A stretch of DNA of 64,000 nucleotides, taken from the NCBI GenBank assembly GCA_035711365.1, contig DASTCF010000106.1, forward strand, positions 23,011 to 87,010, given 5' to 3'. Positions 51,596 to 62,086 of this stretch are shown here, piece after piece. The position numbers were made by a program, and so were the translations under genes. Position 1 is the stretch's first letter. Every line of letters begins with the position of its first letter. A model generated the notes under the pieces. The model did not search any database and was not told the origin of the DNA. It saw nothing but the letters and a program-made list of their open reading frames with translations. The DNA comes from Gemmatimonadales bacterium (GTDB lineage Bacteria > Gemmatimonadota > Gemmatimonadetes > Gemmatimonadales > GWC2-71-9).

Positions 51596-52837
51596 ATGCC
51601 GCTCTTCGAGGCGGTCCGGCTCGCCCTGCGCACCATCGTGACCCAGAAGCTCAAGAGCTTCTTCTCGCTCATCGGCGTGCTGATCGGCGTGATGTTCCTG
51701 ATCGCCGTCGTCTCGATCGTGCAGGGGATGAACGTGTACATGGAAGACCAGTTCGCCAACCGGCTGGTCGGTCTGAACACGTTCCAGCTCCGCCAGCGCC
51801 CGAGCATCACGACCGGCAACGTACCGGACGATGTCTGGAGGTCGTGGTTCCGGCGGCCGCGCATTTCCTATGCCGACGCAGAGTACGTCAAGGAGCGCCT
51901 GACTGTTCCGGCCACCTTCGCGATGTTCTGCCAGGACCGGATGACGCTGTCCTACGGCGGCAAGATCGCCAAGGACATCGACCTCATCGGCACGGAAGAG
52001 ACCTACTTCCAGATCAAGAACTACGAGATTGTAAACGGCCGGGCCTTCTCGGCGCAGGAGGTCCGCGCCGCCCGCCCGGTGGTGGTGATCGGCGATCTGG
52101 TCGCCGAGAAGCTCTTCGCCGGTGTCGATCCGGTCGGCAAGGAAGTGCGGATCTCCGGACTGCCCTATCGCGTCATCGGCGTCGTGGCCAAGCAGGGGAA
52201 CCTGTTCGGATTCTCCATGGACAAGTTCGCGATCATGCCCTACACGGCGCCCGCCCGGCGGTACATCTGCCCCATCAACATTCTGGACGACCTGCAGATT
52301 CAGACGGCCAATCCGGTGGCGATGGAGGCCGCGATGGGTGAGGTCGAGGCGCTGATGCGGACCCGGCGCGGGCTCAAGCCCGGGCAGGAAAACAACTTCC
52401 ACCTGCAGACCGCCGAGGGCGCCCTGGACGGGTGGAAGAAGATCTCCAAGATCCTGTTCACCGCGCTGCCGGGCCTGGTGGCAATCTCCCTCGTCGTCGG
52501 CGGCATCGTGATCATGAACATCATGCTCATGGCGGTCGCCGAGCGGACCCGGGAGATCGGGATCCGCAAGGCGCTCGGCGCCCGGCGGCGTGACATCCTG
52601 GCGCAATTCGTGGTGGAATCCGCCACGTTGTCCACGGTCGGTGCCGGCTTCGGCATCCTCTTCGGGCTGGTCCTCGCCTTCGTGGTGCGGGCCCTCAGTC
52701 CACTGCCCGCCGCGGTGGCCCCCTGGTCCATCGCCGTCGGCGTATCCCTCGGGATTATCGTGGGCGTTGCCGCGGGGGTCTACCCGGCCAGCCGCGCCAG
52801 CCGGCTTGACCCCATCGTAGCGCTCCGCGCCGAGTAA
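51596..52837 (+). CDS. MacB/FtsX-type ABC permease, paralog A
   Basis: Start moved to ATG 51596. MPLFEAVRLALRTIVTQKLKSFFSLIGVLIGVMFLIAVVSIVQGMN, about 220-aa periplasmic domain, FtsX 3-TM C-terminus, ends RLDPIVALRAE. Confidence 0.88.
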   Translation: MPLFEAVRLALRTIVTQKLKSFFSLIGVLIGVMFLIAVVSIVQGMNVYMEDQFANRLVGLNTFQLRQRPSITTGNVPDDVWRSWFRRPRISYADAEYVKERLTVPATFAMFCQDRMTLSYGGKIAKDIDLIGTEETYFQIKNYEIVNGRAFSAQEVRAARPVVVIGDLVAEKLFAGVDPVGKEVRISGLPYRVIGVVAKQGNLFGFSMDKFAIMPYTAPARRYICPINILDDLQIQTANPVAMEAAMGEVEALMRTRRGLKPGQENNFHLQTAEGALDGWKKISKILFTALPGLVAISLVVGGIVIMNIMLMAVAERTREIGIRKALGARRRDILAQFVVESATLSTVGAGFGILFGLVLAFVVRALSPLPAAVAPWSIAVGVSLGIIVGVAAGVYPASRASRLDPIVALRAE

Positions 52838-52849
52838 GGGGGAGCGAAC

Positions 52850-54097
52850 GTGTCCCAATCCCTGACCCGCGCCGTCGAGGGCGTCGGCATCGCGCTGGAT
52901 TCGCTCCGCGCCAACAAGGTCCGTGCCGCGCTGACCATCCTGGGCGTCGCCATCGGTGTCATGGTTGTGATTGCGATGGCCTCCGCGATCACCGGCATCA
53001 ATCGCAGCGTGAGTGACATGATCGAGACCGCCGGCCCCAAGACGTTCTTCGTCACCCGGTTCTTCCAGGGTGGACTGATCATTTCGGACGGCTCCGACGA
53101 GCTCTCCCCGTGGCGGCGCAATCCGTGGCTCACAGTCGAGGAGGCGGAGATGCTCCGCCGGCTGCCCACCATCCGCGATGTCGCGGTGCAGGAGGGCACC
53201 GGGGGGCCGGTCAAGTACGGCGACACGGAGCTCACCAGTGTCAACATTTCCGGGTTCGGCACCAGCTGGGTGCTCGTCACCGGCGGCACCATCGTGGCCG
53301 GACGGAATTTCACCCCGCTCGAGTACGCGGCCGGCGCGCGGGTGGCGGTCATCAATGACAAGCTTGCGGAGTCGCTGTTCCCGGGGCTCGACCCGATCGG
53401 CAAGCGGATCAAGATCTTCGGCGAGCCGTTCGAGGTGATCGGCCTCCACATCGATGCGGCCTCGCTGTTCGGCGAGGGTGGTGATCCGCGGCTGGCCATC
53501 CCGCACACGACGTTCGAGAAGGTCGCGGATTACTGGAAGGGGTGGATGGACATCTCGGTGATGCCCACCGAGGAGGCCACGGTCGATGAGGCGATGGACC
53601 AGGTGGTTGCCGCGATGCGAAGCTCGCGCGGCCTCAAGCCGGGCCAGGAAAACAACTTCGCCATCGTCACCCAGGAGCTGGTGATGCAGACCTTCAACAA
53701 GATCACCAGCGCGTTTTTCCTCGTGATGCTGGCGCTCTCAAGCGTCGGCCTGATGGTGGGCGGCGTCGGCGTGGTCGCGATCATGATGATCTCGGTGACT
53801 GAGCGGACCCGCGAGATCGGCGTCCGGAAGGCGCTGGGCGCCACCCGCAAGGAGATCATGTTCCAGTTCCTGGTCGAGGCTGCGACGCTGACGCTCGTCG
53901 GCGGGGCGGTCGGCATGATCCTGGGCGGCCTCATCGCCATGGGTGTCCACAAGTGGACGCCCGTGCCGGCCACCGTGCCGCTCTGGTCCGTGGTCGTGGC
54001 GGTGTTCGCCTCGGTGATCACCGGCATCTTCTTCGGACTCTACCCCGCGGCCAAGGCGTCGAAGCTCGATCCGGTGGAGGCGCTGAGGTACGAATAG
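52850..54097 (+). CDS. MacB/FtsX-type ABC permease, paralog B
   Basis: GTG start. EGVGIALDSLRANKVRAALTILGVAIGVMVVIAMAS...ETAGPKTFFVTRFF..., ends KLDPVEALRYE. Confidence 0.88.
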   Translation: MSQSLTRAVEGVGIALDSLRANKVRAALTILGVAIGVMVVIAMASAITGINRSVSDMIETAGPKTFFVTRFFQGGLIISDGSDELSPWRRNPWLTVEEAEMLRRLPTIRDVAVQEGTGGPVKYGDTELTSVNISGFGTSWVLVTGGTIVAGRNFTPLEYAAGARVAVINDKLAESLFPGLDPIGKRIKIFGEPFEVIGLHIDAASLFGEGGDPRLAIPHTTFEKVADYWKGWMDISVMPTEEATVDEAMDQVVAAMRSSRGLKPGQENNFAIVTQELVMQTFNKITSAFFLVMLALSSVGLMVGGVGVVAIMMISVTERTREIGVRKALGATRKEIMFQFLVEAATLTLVGGAVGMILGGLIAMGVHKWTPVPATVPLWSVVVAVFASVITGIFFGLYPAAKASKLDPVEALRYE

Positions 54098-54112
54098 CGC
54101 TAGTTTTCCACC

Positions 54113-55357
<1,245 letters not shown>

Positions 55358-55359
55358 GC

Positions 55360-56604
55360 GTGAACCTCGGGATGTTCCGGCTGGGCGAGGGCGTGGTGAT
55401 CGCACTCGAGGCGATGCGGGGCAACAAGTTGCGCTCCGCGCTCACGGTCCTGGGCGTGATCATCGGGGTCGCAACCGTCATGACCATGGCCTCGCTGGTG
55501 CAGGGGATACGCACCCAGATCTTCAATGCCCTCGAAACCGCGGGGCCCACGGCCTTCTACGTCATGCGGTTCTTCTCGCAGACTCCGCTCAACCCCGACA
55601 ACCTCCCGTACGAAGTCCGGATCCGGCCGGTGCTCCGGGAGAGCGACGCCGAGGCCATCGCCAAGGTGCCGGAAATTCAGTACGCGGGGATGTGGATTCA
55701 GGTCTTCGAGCGCATCGAGTACCAGGGGCTGCGAACCCAGGGGCTCACCGTCTGGGCCGCCGACGACCACTACATGGATATCCAGGGTGGAAGCCTGCTC
55801 CGCGGCCGGTTCTTCACGCGGTCCGAGCTTGCCGGGGAGCCGGTGGCCGTGCTTGAGGAGGAGACCGCCGAGCACCTCTTTGGAAAAGTGGATCCGCTCG
55901 GCAAGATCATCCGCATCGGCGGTACCGCGTTCCGGGTGATCGGTCTCTATCAGAGGCCGGAGAACATCTTCGAGCCGCCGGGTCAGCAGACCGGGGCCAT
56001 CGTGCCCTACCGGGCGGGGAAGTACAACCTCCGGTACGATGAGACCAACAGCCTGTTCATCTCCGTGAAGGGGCGCCCGGGGGTCGCCGTCGATCGCGCC
56101 CAGGATCTGGCCACGGTGGCGCTCCGAAGGGAGCGCCGCCTGCGGCCGGGCACGCCGAACACCTTTGACCTCATCACCCAGGATCAGATTCTCGACACGA
56201 TCAGCAGCCTCACGTCGGCGTTCTTTGGTGTCATGGTGGCACTCTCGAGCGTCGCGCTCCTGGTGGGCGGGATCGGCGTCATGGCGATCATGATGGTGTC
56301 GGTCACCGACCGCACCCGGGAAATCGGCCTCCGGAAGGCGATCGGCGCCACCCGCCGGGAGATCCTGTGGCAGTTCCTCGTCGAATCTGCCACGCTGACC
56401 CTGCTCGGCGGATTGCTCGGGATCGTGGTGGGACTCGCCATGGGTCAGGTCCTGAAGCGCGTGCTCAGCCTGGAATCAGCAGTGCCGTTGTGGAGCGCGG
56501 CCCTCGCGACGGGTGTGAGCATCGCCATCGGGCTCGCGTTCGGACTCTACCCCGCCAATAGAGCGGCCCGGATGGACCCGGTGGAGGCGTTGAGGCATGA
56601 GTAG
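55360..56604 (+). CDS. MacB/FtsX-type ABC permease, paralog B'
   Basis: GTG start. EGVVIALEAMRGNKLRSALTVLGVIIGVATVMTMAS...ETAGPTAFYVMRFF..., visibly closest to paralog B. Ends RMDPVEALRHE. Confidence 0.88.
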   Translation: MNLGMFRLGEGVVIALEAMRGNKLRSALTVLGVIIGVATVMTMASLVQGIRTQIFNALETAGPTAFYVMRFFSQTPLNPDNLPYEVRIRPVLRESDAEAIAKVPEIQYAGMWIQVFERIEYQGLRTQGLTVWAADDHYMDIQGGSLLRGRFFTRSELAGEPVAVLEEETAEHLFGKVDPLGKIIRIGGTAFRVIGLYQRPENIFEPPGQQTGAIVPYRAGKYNLRYDETNSLFISVKGRPGVAVDRAQDLATVALRRERRLRPGTPNTFDLITQDQILDTISSLTSAFFGVMVALSSVALLVGGIGVMAIMMVSVTDRTREIGLRKAIGATRREILWQFLVESATLTLLGGLLGIVVGLAMGQVLKRVLSLESAVPLWSAALATGVSIAIGLAFGLYPANRAARMDPVEALRHE

Positions 56605-56606
56605 GC

Positions 56607-56632
56607 GCTTCCCCGCCTCCCCGCTTCCCCGC
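56607..56632. repeat. Three tandem octamers (GCTTCCCC GCCTCCCC GCTTCCCC) + GC
   Basis: Read directly. Begins 2 nt after the last permease stop and ends right at a TAAGTT hexamer (56633-56638), which lies 6 nt before the bshB1-like ATG. Reverse complement shares GCGGGGAAGCGGGGA with 15667-15690. Confidence 0.85.
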
Positions 56633-56644
56633 TAAGTTCTTCCG

Positions 56645-57361
56645 ATGCCCGTCGACATCCTCGCCATCGCTGCCCACCGGGACGACGTCGAACTGACGTG
56701 TGCCGGAACCCTCATCCGCGCCGTGGACCGCGGCTATCGCGCCGGCATTCTCGACCTCACGGCGGGTGAGACGGGATCGCGGGGCAGTGCGGCGCTTCGT
56801 GAGGCGGAGGCGCGGCGCGCCTCCGCCGTGATGGGAATTCACGACCGGCGCAACGCGGGCCTGCCGGACGCTCACTTGCAGAACTCGGACGAGATGCGCC
56901 GCGCCGTGGTGGCCGAAATCAGGCATTTCCGGCCGCGCGTCGTCATCCTTCCCTTCCCGATCGGCCGGCACCCCGACCACCGGATTGCCGCGGAGCTCGG
57001 GCGCGACGCCTGCTTCCTGTCGGGCCTCGCCCGCTATCAGCCCGACACCGAGCCCCACCGGCCGCACAAGATCCTCCATGCACTGAGCTACCGCGAGGAT
57101 CCGGTCAAGCCGACATTTGTGGTGGACATCAGCGAGCAGTTCGAGCGGAAGCTCGCCGCCATCAAGTGTTATGGAAGCCAGTTCGACGGCGCCAAGGCGG
57201 CGGGCGAGATCTTTCCCACCGGCCAGGACCTGTACGCGCTCATCGAGACCCAGAACGCCCACTACGGCTCGCTCATCCGCACCCGCTACGGCGAGCCCTA
57301 CTTCACCCACGAAACGGTACAGGTGGACGACGTGATGATGCTCGAGGTGTCGAGCATGTAA
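56645..57361 (+). CDS. bshB1: PIG-L/LmbE family deacetylase, BshB1-like (bacillithiol biosynthesis)
   Basis: MPVDILAIAAHRDDVELTCAGTLIRAVDRGYRAGILDLTAGE...FPIGRHPDHR... follows the BshB1/LmbE pattern. Note AHRDD where AHPDD is usual. Confidence 0.65.
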   Translation: MPVDILAIAAHRDDVELTCAGTLIRAVDRGYRAGILDLTAGETGSRGSAALREAEARRASAVMGIHDRRNAGLPDAHLQNSDEMRRAVVAEIRHFRPRVVILPFPIGRHPDHRIAAELGRDACFLSGLARYQPDTEPHRPHKILHALSYREDPVKPTFVVDISEQFERKLAAIKCYGSQFDGAKAAGEIFPTGQDLYALIETQNAHYGSLIRTRYGEPYFTHETVQVDDVMMLEVSSM

Positions 57362-57365
57362 CCAT

Positions 57366-57394
57366 TAGCCATTCCGCCGGTTATCCCGTATAAT
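57366..57394 (+). promoter_or_regulatory. Candidate promoter for the cysteine desulfurase-mnmA unit (TAGCCA-17 nt-TATAAT)
   Basis: TAGCCA at 57366-57371, 17-nt spacer, perfect TATAAT at 57389-57394, then tccccccc and ATG 57403. The leader would be about 2 nt, with no Shine-Dalgarno. Confidence 0.4.
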
Positions 57395-57402
57395 TCCCCC
57401 CC

Positions 57403-58581
57403 ATGAAGCACCCGCCCGTCTACCTCGATTATGCCGCCACGACCCCGGTCCGCCCGGAGGTCGTCGAGGCCATGCTGCCGTTCCTGGGAGCGCAGGCCTT
57501 CGGAAACCCCTCAAGCGCCCATCGCTTCGGCCGGGCGGCCCGTGCCGGGTTGGAAGAGGCGAAGCGGAAGGTCGCCGCGGCCGTCGATGCCGAACCCAAC
57601 CAGGTGGTGTTCACCAGCGGCGGCACCGAAGCCGACAATCTCGCGATCGTCGGGGCCGCCCTTGCCGCCCGGGATGCGGGCCGCCGGATGTGCGCCGCCG
57701 TGTCGGCAACCGAGCACAAGGCCATCCTGGCGGCGGCGCACGCCGTCTGCCACCTCGGCGGCGAGGAGATCGTCCTCCCGGTGACGGCGGATGGCGTGAT
57801 CGAGCTCGACGCACTGGACCGCGCCATCGCCGGGCGTCCGGCGGTGGTTTCAGTGATGTGGGTCAACAATGAGATCGGCGTGATTCAGCCGGTCGCCGAG
57901 ATCGCCGCGCGCTGTCAGGCGGTCGGCGTGACGTTCCACACCGACGGCGTACAGGCGTTCGGACAGATTCCGGTCTCGACGACCCGCCTGGGATGCACCC
58001 TGATGAGCATCTCCGGCCACAAGGTCGGCGCGCCGAAAGGCATCGGCGCCCTCATCGTGCGCGACCGGAAGGCGGTGGAGGCCATCATTCACGGCGGGGG
58101 CCAGCAGTTCGGCATCCGGCCGGGTACCGAGAATGTCGCGGGCGCCGTGGCGCTGGGCCGGGCGGCGGAGCTTGCCGCCGCGGAGCAGGAGGAAAAGGCG
58201 GCGCGCCTTGGCCGATTGCGGGATGAGCTCGCGGCGCGCCTTCGGGAGGCGGTGCCCGACCTCGTCTGGGTCGCGGAGCGTGCGCCGCGCGCGCCTCATG
58301 TGCTGAACATCATGGTCCCCGGCGCGGACAGCGAGGCGCTGCTGATGCACCTCGACCTGCAAGGCGTCGCGGCCTCGAGCGGATCCGCCTGCAGCACGGG
58401 CGCGGTGGAGCCCTCGCATGTGCTCACGGCCATGGGCGTTCCGCGCGAACTCGCGCTGGGCGCCCTCCGCTTCTCCCTGGGCCGCGAGACGACCCAGGCA
58501 GACATCGACCGCGCCGCCGAGGTCTTCCCGGCCGTCGTCGCGAAGGTGCGGAAGCTGGCGGGAGTGCTGGGTCGTGCCTGA
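57403..58581 (+). CDS. Cysteine desulfurase (class V aminotransferase, IscS/NifS/YrvO-like)
   Basis: 392 aa. [13 protein letters not shown] lysine context [16 protein letters not shown], catalytic loop SSGSACS. Confidence 0.9.
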   Translation: MKHPPVYLDYAATTPVRPEVVEAMLPFLGAQAFGNPSSAHRFGRAARAGLEEAKRKVAAAVDAEPNQVVFTSGGTEADNLAIVGAALAARDAGRRMCAAVSATEHKAILAAAHAVCHLGGEEIVLPVTADGVIELDALDRAIAGRPAVVSVMWVNNEIGVIQPVAEIAARCQAVGVTFHTDGVQAFGQIPVSTTRLGCTLMSISGHKVGAPKGIGALIVRDRKAVEAIIHGGGQQFGIRPGTENVAGAVALGRAAELAAAEQEEKAARLGRLRDELAARLREAVPDLVWVAERAPRAPHVLNIMVPGADSEALLMHLDLQGVAASSGSACSTGAVEPSHVLTAMGVPRELALGALRFSLGRETTQADIDRAAEVFPAVVAKVRKLAGVLGRA

Positions 58582-59632
58582 CCGGGTCCTCGTCGCGATG
58601 TCGGGCGGCGTGGACAGCTCCGTGGCAGCCGCCCTCCTCGTGGATCAGGGCTACGAGGTCGTCGGGGCCACCATGAAGCTGTTCTGTTATGGCGAGAGCG
58701 TCCCCGACCGCCCCTGCTGCTCGCTCGATTCCATCAACGACGCGCGCGACGTCGCCCACCAGCTCGGGATTCCGCACTACGTGCTGAATCTCGAGGACCG
58801 GTTCTCCCTGCACGTCATCCAGAATTTCGTTTCCGAGTACGGCCGGGGACGGACGCCGATCCCGTGCGTCCGCTGCAATTCGTTCACCAAGTTCCGCGAC
58901 CTCCTGGCCCATGCCGACGCGCTCGACTGCCGCTACATCGCCACCGGGCACTACGCGATCGCGCGGGATGGCGCACTCTACCGCGGCTCCGACCCGGCCA
59001 AGGACCAGAGCTACTTCCTCTGGGGGATCGATCGTGCGGTCGTGGCCCGGATGCTGACCCCGGTGGGGACCTCGACCAAGGCGGAGACCCGCGCCGCCGC
59101 GCGCCGCCTCCATCTTGCCACTGCGGACAAGCCGGAATCGGTAGAGATCTGCTTCGTCCCGAACGACGACTACGTCGCCGTGCTGGAGCGCCACCTCCCC
59201 GCGGACGCGCCGGCGCTGGCCCGCGGGCCGCTGGTGACGACCACCGGAGAACAGATCGGCGAGCACAACGGGTTCGCGCGCTACACCATCGGGCAGCGGC
59301 GCGGCCTGCCCGGCGGCGCCCGAGCGCCGATGTATGTGGTCGCGATCCGTCCCGAGCGCCGGGAGGTGGTCGTCGGCCCCGAGGAAGCACTCGATGGCTA
59401 CAGGGTGACACTGGCCGAGGTGAACTGGCTGGCCACGCCGCTGCAGCCGGGCGATGCCTGCGCCGTGCAGATCCGCTACCGCGCCTGCGCGCTCCCGGCA
59501 AGCGTGCTCGCCCGGACTGACGACACGATCTCACTCCTGCTTCAGACCCCCGCGCGCGCCATTACCCCGGGCCAGTCCGGGGTGCTGTATGGCGAGGACG
59601 GTCGCGTGCTGGGCGGGGGCGTGATCGGGTGA
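58574..59632 (+). CDS. mnmA: tRNA 2-thiouridine(34) synthase MnmA
   Basis: Start moved to GTG 58574, overlapping the desulfurase stop. [20 protein letters not shown]-loop; [13 protein letters not shown]; [12 protein letters not shown]; KDQSYFLW. Confidence 0.9.
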   Translation: MPDRVLVAMSGGVDSSVAAALLVDQGYEVVGATMKLFCYGESVPDRPCCSLDSINDARDVAHQLGIPHYVLNLEDRFSLHVIQNFVSEYGRGRTPIPCVRCNSFTKFRDLLAHADALDCRYIATGHYAIARDGALYRGSDPAKDQSYFLWGIDRAVVARMLTPVGTSTKAETRAAARRLHLATADKPESVEICFVPNDDYVAVLERHLPADAPALARGPLVTTTGEQIGEHNGFARYTIGQRRGLPGGARAPMYVVAIRPERREVVVGPEEALDGYRVTLAEVNWLATPLQPGDACAVQIRYRACALPASVLARTDDTISLLLQTPARAITPGQSGVLYGEDGRVLGGGVIG

Positions 59633-61686
59633 GCCAGAACCCCACCGCCCGTTGGTTCCTTGTTGGTTCGACCCTCCTTGCTCCGGCGCTCCTCGCGGCG
59701 GTGGCGCCGCCCGTGGCGGCGCAAGCGGGCCGCCAGCCGATCACCGTCGAACGGTTCCTCGCCCTCAAGACGCCGAGCGATCCCCAGATCGCGCCGGACG
59801 GCAAGCTGGTCGCGTTCACCGTGTCGGAGCCATCGCTCGACCAGAACCGGAATCGCACGCGTGTGTGGCTGGCCCAGATCGAGTCGGGAGAGGCGTGGGA
59901 GGTCACTTCGGGGGCGGGCAACGAGCGGGCTCCGCGGTGGTCGCCGGACGGCCGGCTGCTGGCCTACATCTCGACCCGGGACGGCACCGCGCAGATCTGG
60001 CAGCTCCCGGTCCGCGGCGGTGAACCGGTCCGCGTCACGAGCGTCCAAGGGGGCATCTCGGATTTCTGGTGGTCACCGAGCGGGAAAGCGTACTTCTACA
60101 CCGCAGACGTCGCATGGCCGACCGAGAGCGAGCTCAAGCGGCGCGAGGGGCCCTACACGACCGAGGCCAGGTTGTGGACGGACCTGATGTACCGCCACTG
60201 GAATGAATTCCGGGAGGGCAGCAGGCGGCATTTGTTCCGGCTCGAAACCGGTGACTCCACCGGTTCGGACATCACTCCTCTCGACCGGGATGTGCCGACG
60301 CTGGCGCTCGGCGGCCGCGACGTGGCGTTCAGCCAGTTCGGGACCGAGGTCGCGGTGGTGTTCAATCCCGACACCGCCCTCGCCCTCAGCACGAACAACG
60401 ACATCTTCCTGATGGGCCCGGACGGTTCGAGCCGACAGGCGCTCACGACCAATCCCGCCAACGACCACAGCCCCGCCTACTCCCCCGACAGCCGGTACAT
60501 TGCCTACCTGGCGATGAACACACCGGGGTTCGAGGCCGACCGCCAGCACGTCATGCTCTACGAGCGCGCAAACGGGAAGCGGGGCTCGCTCACCTCTGAC
60601 TGGGACGTGAGTGTCTCTGCGATCACGTGGACGCCGGACTCGCGGGCCCTGATCGCCGAGGTCGAGGAGCGGGGAGAGATGGCGCTCTACCGGATAGAAA
60701 TCAGCAACGGGCGGCGGAGCCGCCTCGTCTCCGGCGGGGTGAACCGGAGCGCGCGGGCGGCCGCGCGGAGCGACCTGATGGTGTTTCTCCGGGAGCAGGC
60801 GGACCGGCCGGCGGAAGTCTGGGTCGCCAGCATGTCATCCGGTGGAGGGCTCAAGCAGGTCACCCGCCTCAACGACGAGGCGGTGGCCCGGCTCGAGCTG
60901 ACCCCGCTGGAGCCGTTCCAGTTCGTCGGCGCCCTCGGCGATTCCGTGTCTGGCTGGCTGATGAAGCCGCCGAGGTTCGACGAGACGAAACGATACCCGG
61001 TGATCTACTTGGTGCACGGGGGGCCGCAGGGCGCCTGGCGCAACGAATGGCATGCGCGCTGGAACTATGCGATGTTCGCGGCGCGCGGGTATCTGGTCGC
61101 CGCGGTGAATTTCCACGGCTCCACCGGATACGGACAGAAGTTCACCAACAGCATCTCCCAGCACTGGGGAGATTACCCGTACGAGGACCTGATGAAGGGG
61201 TTGGACGTGCTCGGCGCGCGGCGCTACGTGGACACCACGCGGATCGCCGCTGCGGGCGCCTCGTACGGCGGGTACATGATCTACTGGATGGCCGGGCATA
61301 CGACGCGCTTCCGGGCCCTGGTCGCGCACGACGGCATGTTCAATCCGCTCAGCTTCGCCGGCTCGACGGAGGAGCTGTGGTTCCCGAGCCACGAGTTCGG
61401 AGGCACCCAGCTCGCGCCGCCTGCGCGCGCGCTGATGGAAAAATGGTCTCCCGCGAACTACATCGGACGGTGGTCGACGCCGATGCTCGTCGTCCATTCG
61501 CAGAACGACTACCGGGTCGACCTGTCGGAAGGCCTGCAGGCGTTCACGGCGCTCCGCCTGCGCGCGGTGCCGGCGAAATTCCTCTACTTTCCCGACGAGG
61601 ATCACTTCGTGACCAAGCCGCGTAACCGCCGGCTCTGGTGGGGCACGGTCCTCGACTGGGTGGATGAACATCTGGAGGCGCAATGA
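59629..61686 (+). CDS. S9 family serine peptidase (prolyl oligopeptidase / acylaminoacyl-peptidase type) with an N-terminal beta-propeller
   Basis: 685 aa. Signal peptide, PD40-type repeats ([22 protein letters not shown]), nucleophile elbow GASYGGYM, and late D and H regions (HSQNDYRV; DEDHF). Confidence 0.88.
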   Translation: MSQNPTARWFLVGSTLLAPALLAAVAPPVAAQAGRQPITVERFLALKTPSDPQIAPDGKLVAFTVSEPSLDQNRNRTRVWLAQIESGEAWEVTSGAGNERAPRWSPDGRLLAYISTRDGTAQIWQLPVRGGEPVRVTSVQGGISDFWWSPSGKAYFYTADVAWPTESELKRREGPYTTEARLWTDLMYRHWNEFREGSRRHLFRLETGDSTGSDITPLDRDVPTLALGGRDVAFSQFGTEVAVVFNPDTALALSTNNDIFLMGPDGSSRQALTTNPANDHSPAYSPDSRYIAYLAMNTPGFEADRQHVMLYERANGKRGSLTSDWDVSVSAITWTPDSRALIAEVEERGEMALYRIEISNGRRSRLVSGGVNRSARAAARSDLMVFLREQADRPAEVWVASMSSGGGLKQVTRLNDEAVARLELTPLEPFQFVGALGDSVSGWLMKPPRFDETKRYPVIYLVHGGPQGAWRNEWHARWNYAMFAARGYLVAAVNFHGSTGYGQKFTNSISQHWGDYPYEDLMKGLDVLGARRYVDTTRIAAAGASYGGYMIYWMAGHTTRFRALVAHDGMFNPLSFAGSTEELWFPSHEFGGTQLAPPARALMEKWSPANYIGRWSTPMLVVHSQNDYRVDLSEGLQAFTALRLRAVPAKFLYFPDEDHFVTKPRNRRLWWGTVLDWVDEHLEAQ

Positions 61687-62042
61687 GGTACCTGCTCGTC
61701 CGCTGGGCCATCAACGCCATCGCCCTGTTCGCCGCCGTCGAGCTGATTCCCGGCATGCGGTTTGACGGCGGGCCGGTCAAGCTGATGGTCGTGGCCCTGG
61801 TGTTCGGCATCGTGAACGCGTTCGTGCGCCCCATTCTCACCATCCTCTCCTGCCCGCTCGTGCTCGTCACCCTGGGGCTGTTCACCCTGGTGATCAACGC
61901 GGCCATGCTTCTCCTGACGGCGCGGCTTTCGGAGGTCTGGAACCTGGGCTTCACCGTGAGCGGCTTCTGGCCGGCGTTCTGGGGCGGGCTCGTGGTGGGC
62001 ATCGTGAGCGTGATCCTCGCCATGGTCGTCAAGGAGGATTGA
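61683..62042 (+). CDS. DUF360 / 4-TM 'phage holin family IV'-type small membrane protein
   Basis: 119 aa. [25 protein letters not shown]...GIVNAFVRPILTILSCPLVLVTLGLFTLVINAAML is the typical DUF360 pattern. ATGA overlap with the peptidase stop. Confidence 0.75.
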   Translation: MRYLLVRWAINAIALFAAVELIPGMRFDGGPVKLMVVALVFGIVNAFVRPILTILSCPLVLVTLGLFTLVINAAMLLLTARLSEVWNLGFTVSGFWPAFWGGLVVGIVSVILAMVVKED

Positions 62043-62086
62043 GGGGCCCGGCTGCCAGGGGCCCCGTCCCGAGGTAGATTCCCCAC

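Noticed and set aside
51593-53506. 637-aa minus-strand ORF, and other large ORFs opposite the permease genes. Similar cases: 61544..63502 (652 aa) opposite ppk1, 33173..34960 (595 aa) opposite the EBP, 37558..39228 (556 aa) opposite the M16 peptidase, and 18497..20059 (520 aa) opposite ctp.
   Set aside because: In each case the opposite strand carries a gene with clear family motifs, and the alternative ORFs have His/Arg/Asp/Gly-rich or Arg/Pro-rich low-complexity translations.
61683-62042. A 'phage holin family' protein as a sign of a prophage or lysis cassette.
   Set aside because: No endolysin, terminase, capsid, integrase or att-like repeats are nearby. The gene overlaps the S9 peptidase stop and is followed by ppk1. 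DUF360 proteins are common chromosomal membrane proteins.
62043-62066. GGGGCC-loop-GGCCCC hairpin after the DUF360 gene as a terminator.
   Set aside because: The stem is short with no U-tract, and it lies only about 20 nt before the ppk1 start. Evidence is too weak to annotate it as a terminator.
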